Shown here piece after piece: positions 17,221-24,119 of a stretch of DNA of 36,353 nt. The stretch spans positions 1 through 36,353 of the forward strand of contig JAAAOH010000125.1 of the NCBI GenBank assembly GCA_009908925.1. Reading direction: 5' to 3'. The stretch's first letter is position 1. Every line of letters begins with the position of its first letter. The translations under genes were made by a program, and so were the position numbers. A model generated the notes under the pieces. That model made no database searches. It worked only from the letters and a program-made list of their open reading frames with translations, and was not told where the DNA came from. This stretch comes from Spirochaetota bacterium. GTDB taxonomy: Bacteria > Spirochaetota > Spirochaetia > DSM-27196 > PWMO01.

Positions 17221-18825
17221 ATGGGTCTGGTACTTGCTGCATTTTCGGGTCTGGTTACCGCGCTCGCGCTTCCCAATGAGCTCTTCCCCGATGGAAGCGC
17301 CCTGCTCGGCGCGGTTTCGGTGGTTCCCTACCTCCTCGCCCTTGCCGGTGCGCGCTCGCTGAGGGAAGGCTCCCGGATGGGCGCCGTCTACGGGGCGGTC
17401 TCCACACTCGGGGCGAATTACTGGCTCGCCTTCTTCGAAGACTTCTCGGTGTGGACGCTCGGCGGTACCACACTCGGGTATACCCTCATCCACGCGTTTC
17501 TGGCAGTGGTGCTGGTGCGCTTCCTTCGAGAGGAGCGTCTGTGGCGCCCCTTCGCCGTGGCGGCGGCCTGGACGGGCTACGAGTACCTGAAGTCGGTCGG
17601 CTTTCTCGCCTATCCCTGGGGCCTGCTTGCCTACCCGCCGAGCAACATTCTCGTATACGTGCAGCATGTCGAGATTACCGGTATCTGGTCCCTTTCGTTC
17701 ATAACCGCCGCGGCAAACGCGGTGCTCGCCGAGCCGTTTCTGCGACTTCGCGCCGGTGTCGGGCGCCCCTACGCCGGTTCCCCGCGGACGTTCGGTCAGG
17801 GGATCGCCGCCGCGGCTGGGCCCGCTGGGTTCGTGCTGCTGCTCATAGCCCTCGCCGTCGGATTCGGGGTATGGCGATTCGCCAATCCGTTGCCGATTGC
17901 CGGGCACATGAGCGCGGTGCTCGTGCAGCAGAACGTCGACCAGTGGCGCGCCGGACAGGAGGAAGCAAGCCTCCGCCGCGGGCAGGAGCTCACCCGCGAG
18001 GCACTCCGGGAGGCCGATCAGCGGCCGGACCTCGTCGCCTGGAGCGAGACATCCCTGCAGCGTCCCTATCTGCGGTATCAGGACTTCTACCGCACCCATC
18101 CCGCCGGTGACCCCTTCACGGCCTTCCTGCGGGAGATCCAAACACCGTTTCTCACCGGTGCGCCGGTTATCCTCGACGCAGAGAACTGGGAGCTCATGAA
18201 CGGAGCCATCCTCCTCTCGCCCTCGGGTCGACTCGTCGACCACTACGGCAAGCAGCACCTCGTGCCTATGGCGGAGAACATACCGTTCTGGAACTTCGAG
18301 CTGGTGAGACAGTTCTACCGCAACGTCATCGGCCTCACCGGCAGGTGGAGCGTCGGCAACGAGTATACGCTGTTCGAGGTTCCGGTGGCGGACCCCGGCG
18401 TGCAGAGCGTGCGTTTCGGCGCGCCCATCTGCTTCGAGGACTCCTTCGGTTATCTGACCCGCGGATTCGTGTACCTCGGGGCGGATGTTCTGGTGAACCT
18501 TACCAACAATGCATGGTCGCGGACGGACTCCGCGCAGATCCAGCATTTCGTCTCCGCGCGCTTTCGTTCCATCGAGAACCGCCGGTCACTGGCCCGCTCC
18601 ACGAACTCCGGGCTCACCGCTGTGATCGACGCCTACGGACGCGTCACCGCCGAGCTGCCGATGTTCGAGCCCGCCGCGCTCACTGCGGAGATTCCCATCT
18701 ATGATACGAAAGAGCTCACCATCTACACCCGCTACAGCGACTGGCTCGGGAAGCTCCTCCTCGGGATCAGCATGCTTACAGCGGCAGCGCTCTTCCTGCG
18801 CGACCGCGACTACCGGCGTCTTTAA
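17221..18825 (+). CDS. lnt: Apolipoprotein N-acyltransferase (paralogue 1)
   Basis: Multi-TM N-terminus, YPWG, QQN, and the E-K-C triad (WSET, YGKQHLVP, PICFED), plus RSIEN and RSTNSG. The start may be 17149 or 17221; 17221 is preferred. Confidence 0.93.
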   Translation: MGLVLAAFSGLVTALALPNELFPDGSALLGAVSVVPYLLALAGARSLREGSRMGAVYGAVSTLGANYWLAFFEDFSVWTLGGTTLGYTLIHAFLAVVLVRFLREERLWRPFAVAAAWTGYEYLKSVGFLAYPWGLLAYPPSNILVYVQHVEITGIWSLSFITAAANAVLAEPFLRLRAGVGRPYAGSPRTFGQGIAAAAGPAGFVLLLIALAVGFGVWRFANPLPIAGHMSAVLVQQNVDQWRAGQEEASLRRGQELTREALREADQRPDLVAWSETSLQRPYLRYQDFYRTHPAGDPFTAFLREIQTPFLTGAPVILDAENWELMNGAILLSPSGRLVDHYGKQHLVPMAENIPFWNFELVRQFYRNVIGLTGRWSVGNEYTLFEVPVADPGVQSVRFGAPICFEDSFGYLTRGFVYLGADVLVNLTNNAWSRTDSAQIQHFVSARFRSIENRRSLARSTNSGLTAVIDAYGRVTAELPMFEPAALTAEIPIYDTKELTIYTRYSDWLGKLLLGISMLTAAALFLRDRDYRRL

Positions 18826-18868
18826 CGAAAAACGCCCCTCTGCCGACGGTGTCGGCTGAGGGGTCGTT
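18824..18868 (-). terminator. Intrinsic terminator closing the rho-rpmE transcript
   Basis: Minus strand reads AACGACCCCTCAGCCGAC-ACC-GTCGGCAGAGGGGCG followed by TTTTTCGTT; it abuts the convergent lnt stop. Confidence 0.7.
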
Positions 18869-19005
18869 CTCGCGCGTGTGTGGTCCCGGCAGGGGGACGG
18901 CTCGTTGGCGGGCGGCAGGTAGCCCGGCGGCGGGCGGGCCGGCGCCCGGCTATCCGGCGACGGACACTACCGCGCCCGTACGATACGAGCTCTGTGCCGC
19001 CCCTG

Positions 19006-19251
19006 CTACTTGATGTTGTAACGGCGCTTGAAGCGCTCGACGCGACCGGTGGTATCGACGAGCTTCTGCTTACCCGTGAAGAACGGATGCGAGGCGCTCG
19101 AGATTTCAATGTCGAAGACGGGATACTCGTTGCCGTCCTCGTACTTGATAGTCTGGCTGGTCTTTGCCGTCGAGCGGGCCATGAAGAGGGTGCCCGATGC
19201 GGTATCTCTGAACACCACTGGGCGATACTCGGGGTGAATGTCCTTTTTCAT
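19006..19251 (-). CDS. rpmE: 50S ribosomal protein L31, type B (no cysteines)
   Basis: [16 protein letters not shown]...[26 protein letters not shown]; 81 aa. Confidence 0.97.
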   Translation of the reverse strand: MKKDIHPEYRPVVFRDTASGTLFMARSTAKTSQTIKYEDGNEYPVFDIEISSASHPFFTGKQKLVDTTGRVERFKRRYNIK

Positions 19252-19298
19252 AGTCTCACTCTTCTCCTGTATTGGTCTCTTTCCGTATGGGTCACTGT

Positions 19299-19327
19299 AA
19301 GCTATCCGTTTCTCAGCGAGGCGTCCA
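19299..19327 (-). promoter_or_regulatory. Putative internal promoter for rpmE
   Basis: TGGACG-17 nt-TAGCTT in the rho-rpmE gap; AGGAG RBS downstream. Confidence 0.4.
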
Positions 19328-19334
19328 GCGCCTG

Positions 19335-21290
19335 CTACTCCATCGTCGATGAAGTGTTCATCGACCGAAGGAAGGCCTCATTGTTCTTGCTTTTCTTCAT
19401 CCTGTCAATGAGGAGCTCGATGATCTCCGCATCGTCCATGGGGTTGATCACCTTCCGCAATATCCACATCTTCTGCAGCTCTTCCTCGGTGAGCAGCAGA
19501 TCCTCCCGCCGCGTGCCGGACTTCTTGATGTTGATGGCGGGGTAGAGCCGGCGGTCAGCAAGGCGGCGATCGAGGTTGATTTCCATGTTGCCGGTTCCCT
19601 TGAACTCCTCGAAGATGACCTCGTCCATGCGGCTTCCGGTCTCGATAAGGGCCGTCGCCACGACAGTCAGGCTGCCACCGTCCTCAATGTTCCGCGCCGC
19701 GCCGAAAAAGCGCTTCGGCTTGTGCAGCGCGTTGGAGTCGACACCACCTGAGAGGATCTTGCCCGAGGTCGGCACCGTCTGGTTATACGCACGGGCGAGG
19801 CGCGTGATCGAGTCGAGCAGGATGATCACGTCCTTCTTGTGCTCCACGAGCCGGCGAGCCTTTTCGAGAACCATCTCGGCAACCTGCACGTGACGTGTTG
19901 CCTGTTCATCGAAGGTGGAGGACACCACCTCCGCGTCGACATTGCGTTGCATGTCGGTGACCTCTTCGGGGCGCTCGTCGATGAGCAGCACGATGAGGTA
20001 GGAGTCCGGATTGTTCGTGGTGATGGCGTTCGCGATCTTCTGAAGGACGATGGTCTTACCCGTTCGCGGCGGAGAGACGATGAGGCCGCGTTGCCCCTTT
20101 CCGATGGGAGTGAACAGATTGATCATGCGCGTGGTGATGTCCCCGTTGGGCATCTCCATATCAAGGCGTTCATCGGGATAGAGCGGCGTAAGGTTGTCGA
20201 AGGGAATCCGGGTCTGGGCAACCGACGGGTTGTCGAAGTTGACCGATTCCACCCGAAGCATGGCGAAAAAGCGCTCCCCCTCCTTCGGTGGCCTGATCTG
20301 ACCGAATACCGTATCGCCGGTTTTCAGGTTGAAGAGCCTGATCTGCGAGGGTGAAATGTAGATGTCGTCGGGGCCCGGAAGATAGGAGTTCTGCGGTGAG
20401 CGAAGAAAGCCATAGCCGTCGGGGAGTATCTCGAGGGAGCCGTAGGCGTAGATAGTGCCGTTCGACTCGGTGTGGGCCTTGAGAATGGCAAAGATGACTT
20501 CCTGCTTCTTCAGAGACAGGAGGTTGTCCTGGCTTATGCCCATCTTCCCGGCAAACTGCCTGAGCTCCTTCATGTTCATGTTGCTCAGGTCGTTGATGCT
20601 CAGGCTGCGGTCTTTGTTTCCACCGCCGCCGCCACCACCGCCGTTTCCGCTGCCACCACCGCCGCCGCGGCGGGATGAGCGGTTGCGCTTACCGCGGTTG
20701 CGTCCGGAGCTGCCGTTTCCGCCACCGCTGTCGGATTTGTTTGAGCTTCCCGAGTCGTCGCCATCAGAGGGCGAGCTCTTCTGCCCCTCGTTGGAGCGTC
20801 CCTCGTTGGAACGCTGCTCGCCGGAGCGCTGCTCCTCGCTGCGGTCACCGTTCTGCTTCGAGCGGTCTCCGGCGTCGGTGGAATCCGCGCCCTGCTCGGC
20901 TTCGGCCGGCGCCTCCCCATCGGCACGTGCAGGCTCATCAGCCCGCGACTCCGCCTCTGCTCCAGCTGTCTCGCCGGCATCCGCGGGGTCACCGGCCTCT
21001 GCCGACGCGGCAGCCTCACCGCGAGCGCCCCCGCCGTCCTTTATGAGCGCTACGCGGACCTTCTTCTTCGGCTTCTTCTTCTCCGATGAGGTGTCCTCGG
21101 TGCCCTTGGGCCCGTTCTCGTCGGGGGAAAAGCTACCGTCTGTCGATTGATTCTGGTTCTGGTCCTGGTTCTGATCGCCACCTGCAGTCTGCAACTCGAA
21201 CTCCTGCTGTATATCTGTCGATCCGTCCACGCTGCTGTCCTCCCCGGGAGCACTTTCCCGAGTATCACCATTCTTTCGCACAAAAGCCAT
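19335..21290 (-). CDS. rho: Transcription termination factor Rho with a long disordered N-terminal extension
   Basis: [77 protein letters not shown]. Confidence 0.97.
   Translation of the reverse strand: MAFVRKNGDTRESAPGEDSSVDGSTDIQQEFELQTAGGDQNQDQNQNQSTDGSFSPDENGPKGTEDTSSEKKKPKKKVRVALIKDGGGARGEAAASAEAGDPADAGETAGAEAESRADEPARADGEAPAEAEQGADSTDAGDRSKQNGDRSEEQRSGEQRSNEGRSNEGQKSSPSDGDDSGSSNKSDSGGGNGSSGRNRGKRNRSSRRGGGGGSGNGGGGGGGGNKDRSLSINDLSNMNMKELRQFAGKMGISQDNLLSLKKQEVIFAILKAHTESNGTIYAYGSLEILPDGYGFLRSPQNSYLPGPDDIYISPSQIRLFNLKTGDTVFGQIRPPKEGERFFAMLRVESVNFDNPSVAQTRIPFDNLTPLYPDERLDMEMPNGDITTRMINLFTPIGKGQRGLIVSPPRTGKTIVLQKIANAITTNNPDSYLIVLLIDERPEEVTDMQRNVDAEVVSSTFDEQATRHVQVAEMVLEKARRLVEHKKDVIILLDSITRLARAYNQTVPTSGKILSGGVDSNALHKPKRFFGAARNIEDGGSLTVVATALIETGSRMDEVIFEEFKGTGNMEINLDRRLADRRLYPAINIKKSGTRREDLLLTEEELQKMWILRKVINPMDDAEIIELLIDRMKKSKNNEAFLRSMNTSSTME
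20785..20834 (-). repeat. Imperfect 15-nt tandem repeat inside the Rho N-terminal extension ([17 protein letters not shown])
   Basis: Units ccctcgttggagcgt / ccctcgttggaacgc / tgctcgccggagcgc on the + strand. Confidence 0.7.
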
Positions 21291-21427
21291 TGGAAACTCC
21301 AGACGGTTCTTAAGTGGTGGAATGCGTCATATGATGCGGACGAGTGCTAACACACTTCGTCCGCGGTTACACCTGTTTTATGCTTGATTTCGACGGAACG
21401 TGCTCTTGGACTAGAAGGTTCCCTGAC

Positions 21428-21456
21428 AATATAGTCGGTCACCCCCATGCTGTCAA
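21428..21456 (-). promoter_or_regulatory. Sigma70 promoter of rho
   Basis: TTGACA-17 nt-TATATT; the -35 box contains the cinA stop codon. Confidence 0.8.
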
Positions 21457-22697
21457 GCAACCTCCGAAAGAGCCTCGCGGACCAGAAGAAGGGCGCTGAT
21501 CGCAGACCACCGCCGCACACGATCCCGGTCGCGGGGCAGAAACACATGCCTCGTCTCGAGAACCCGGCCGTCGAGCGCGACCGCAAGCCAGACCGTCCCG
21601 ACGGGTTTCTCCTCCGTTCCTCCTTCGGGACCCGCTATGCCGGTGATAGCAACCGCTATTCCGGCTTCCCCGCCGCTGCGCTCAAGTGCGCCGAGCGCCA
21701 TTTCCCCGGCCGTCTCCGGACTGACCGCACCGGTGTCCGCCAGCGTCTGTTCCGAGACGCCGAGGAGCCCGATCTTCGCCGTATTCGAGTACGCCACGAA
21801 TCCGCCCCAGAACCCCTCGGAGCTGCCCGGCACGTCGGTCACCAGCTTTGCGACAAGCCCGCCGGTACAGGACTCCGCGCACACCAGTCGGCGCCCGGTT
21901 CGCCGCAGGTCATTCAGCACTACCTCGCCGATCTCCGCACGCCCCTCCACGATACGCTCGGCGCCGAGATCCCCGCGGAGCCGTGTGAAAAACGCCTGCC
22001 GGGCGGGCTCATCCCCGCCGCGCAGGCGCAGGAGGATCCGATATCCCTCGGTGTTCGTACCCCACCGCAGGCTCTCCGCGCCGTGACGTTGCAGAGCCTC
22101 TTCGAGCTCGGATTCCGGGACCATGAACGTCGTCGCCCAGGAAATCTCTTCCTCCCGCACGCCGAAACGGGCCCCGAGGATCGATCGCAGATGACGATCC
22201 ACCATCGTCTGCAGCTCCCGCGGCGGACCGGGAAGCGCCACGACAGTGCACCCGTCGACCTCGCCGACGAATCCCGGAGCGGTTCCTGCCTCGTTGGGAA
22301 TGACCTCGAAGCCCGCCGGGATGAGCGCCTGCTTGCGGTTGGTATCCGAGATCTTCCGGTGCGGAAACCGGTTCAACAACCACTCCCAGATATCCTCGTG
22401 GAACTCGAGCTCTACCTGCGCCGCTTCCGCTACCGCCTCTCTCGTAAGATCGTCGGACGTGGGGCCGAGGCCTCCGGTTATGATGACCGTGCCCACCCGC
22501 GGGAAGAGATCCAGGAACTCACGCCGATAGGCGTCCAGCTCGTCGGGTACGAGCGAGATTCTGTCGACCGTCGCACCGAGCTCTGTGAGCAGTTCCGAGA
22601 GGAACTTACCGTGACGATCGAGGGTTCTGCCTTCGGTCAGCTCGTCACCGACACAGAGAATCGCCGCTCTTGATTGTCGCTCAGACACGGTGGGCAC
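21453..22697 (-). CDS. cinA: CinA family protein (MoCF-like domain + NMN deamidase PncC)
   Basis: VGDELTEG, ITGGLGPTSDDLT, GTAPG, LPGPPRE, AESCTGG, AITGIAGP, KPVGTV. Confidence 0.95.
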   Translation of the reverse strand: MPTVSERQSRAAILCVGDELTEGRTLDRHGKFLSELLTELGATVDRISLVPDELDAYRREFLDLFPRVGTVIITGGLGPTSDDLTREAVAEAAQVELEFHEDIWEWLLNRFPHRKISDTNRKQALIPAGFEVIPNEAGTAPGFVGEVDGCTVVALPGPPRELQTMVDRHLRSILGARFGVREEEISWATTFMVPESELEEALQRHGAESLRWGTNTEGYRILLRLRGGDEPARQAFFTRLRGDLGAERIVEGRAEIGEVVLNDLRRTGRRLVCAESCTGGLVAKLVTDVPGSSEGFWGGFVAYSNTAKIGLLGVSEQTLADTGAVSPETAGEMALGALERSGGEAGIAVAITGIAGPEGGTEEKPVGTVWLAVALDGRVLETRHVFLPRDRDRVRRWSAISALLLVREALSEVA

Positions 22698-22699
22698 TC

Positions 22700-23116
22700 T
22701 CAGACACGTTGCGCGGACTCTTTCAGCTGTTCCACCGGGGCGGAGAACACATCTATCGAGTCGGAGTTACGAAGCATGTCGCATTTGCCCTCGAAGACCA
22801 CACCGTCGGCAATCCTGAGCTTCGCGGTGCGCACGTTTCCGTAAATCTTTCCCGTCGGGAGCATCTCCACCTTACGAGCTGCCTGAACGTTGCCGTGGAC
22901 CTCACCGGCGATTACGATCGCATCGGCGGTTACATCGGCGCGTACGTAAGCGCCTTCCTCGATATAGAGAAAGCCCTCGGCGATGATTTCCCCCTCGAAA
23001 CGGCCGCTGATCTTCACCGGCTGGGTGAATCGCATGCGGCCGTTGAACGACGTTCGCTTGCCGAGCCGCGTAGAAATGCGCGGCAGGTCCTTATTCTTTC
23101 GTGCGTTTTTTGCCAT
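22700..23116 (-). CDS. Bactofilin (polymer-forming cytoskeletal protein)
   Basis: Beta-helix repeats FNG...ISGRFEGEI...IAGEVHGNV...IYGNV...IADGVVFEGKC. Confidence 0.92.
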   Translation of the reverse strand: MAKNARKNKDLPRISTRLGKRTSFNGRMRFTQPVKISGRFEGEIIAEGFLYIEEGAYVRADVTADAIVIAGEVHGNVQAARKVEMLPTGKIYGNVRTAKLRIADGVVFEGKCDMLRNSDSIDVFSAPVEQLKESAQRV

Positions 23117-23119
23117 CTG

Positions 23120-23341
23120 CTATTTCGTTTGCATGACGAACACGCCATCCCACTCCTCGGGAGGCGGGTTCTCGATGTAGTGCCGGCACCGCTCCGCGTA
23201 CACGCGGGCGGGACCGTCGGAAGGGTCAACCTCGAGGGCCCGCTCAAAGCTTGCAAGCGCCTCCTCGAAGTTCATGAGCTTATAGTGCCTGCGCCCGTCG
23301 GCGAAGTGGTCCAGAACACGGCGCTTCTCTTCGGTTATCAC
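23120..23341 (-). CDS. Small TPR-like protein resembling the C-terminal tail of class III adenylate cyclases
   Basis: 73 aa: F..G...Y...NFEEALASFERALEVDPSDGPARVYAERC..Y...PPPEEWDGVFVMQTK. GTG start. Confidence 0.8.
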   Translation of the reverse strand: MITEEKRRVLDHFADGRRHYKLMNFEEALASFERALEVDPSDGPARVYAERCRHYIENPPPEEWDGVFVMQTK

Positions 23342-23381
23342 CCCTTAATATCCCCCGGCTTCAGCCTCACGTCCGTCGGTC

Positions 23382-24119
23382 TCAGCCGTCGTGCAAGCCG
23401 GCCTGCCTCTGGTAATTGTCGAAATGCTTCTGGTACTTCTCTTCGAGCATCTCCAGGGTCGTCTCGCGGGCCTTTATCTCGTCGCCCTTGCTCTGCAATT
23501 CCTGGATCTCCTCTTCGAGACCCTCGAGTGTCGCGAGTGTGCCTTCGGATTCCTTTCGGACGAGCTCCACAAACTTCTTCACGCCCTCTTCATCCGAGGG
23601 GTCGAGCTCCTTCGCTGCGCTCAACAGTTCGTGCACCGGCTGGCGGAGGTGGCGCGTGAAGTATACCAGCGACTGATTCAGCGACTCTGCGACGGCTATC
23701 CGCCGCTCCCGTTCGATGACCTGCTGGGCGAGATCCCGATGGCGAAGCACCGCCTTGATGCGGGCAAGCACCTCGGAGAAGTTGAATGGCTTCGTGATGT
23801 AGTCTTCGATTCCGAGCTCGAAGCCCTCGATTTTGTCCTTCACGTCGTCCATGGCGGAGAACATGATGACCGGCACTTCTCTCACGTGCTCGTATTCTTC
23901 GTCCTGCTTGAGCGCACGGGTTACTTCCCACCCGGAGAGCTTTGGCATGATGTTGTCGAGGATGATGAGATCCGGCTCGATATCCGCCGCTATGTCGAGA
24001 GCTTCCTCACCGTCGCGCGCTTTCTCTACGGAGAAACCGAGCTTCGAGAGCATAACGTCGAAGAAGTCGAGATTGATCTGTTCGTCGTCGACGATGAGAA
24101 TCGTTCCCTTATCGTCCAT
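23382..24119 (-). CDS. Response regulator (REC) with a helical, HisKA-like C-terminal region and no DNA-binding domain
   Basis: ILIVDD, ILDNIMP (phospho-Asp), FSA and YITKPF motifs. ATG 24119 follows an AGGAAAGG RBS. Confidence 0.9.
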   Translation of the reverse strand: MDDKGTILIVDDEQINLDFFDVMLSKLGFSVEKARDGEEALDIAADIEPDLIILDNIMPKLSGWEVTRALKQDEEYEHVREVPVIMFSAMDDVKDKIEGFELGIEDYITKPFNFSEVLARIKAVLRHRDLAQQVIERERRIAVAESLNQSLVYFTRHLRQPVHELLSAAKELDPSDEEGVKKFVELVRKESEGTLATLEGLEEEIQELQSKGDEIKARETTLEMLEEKYQKHFDNYQRQAGLHDG

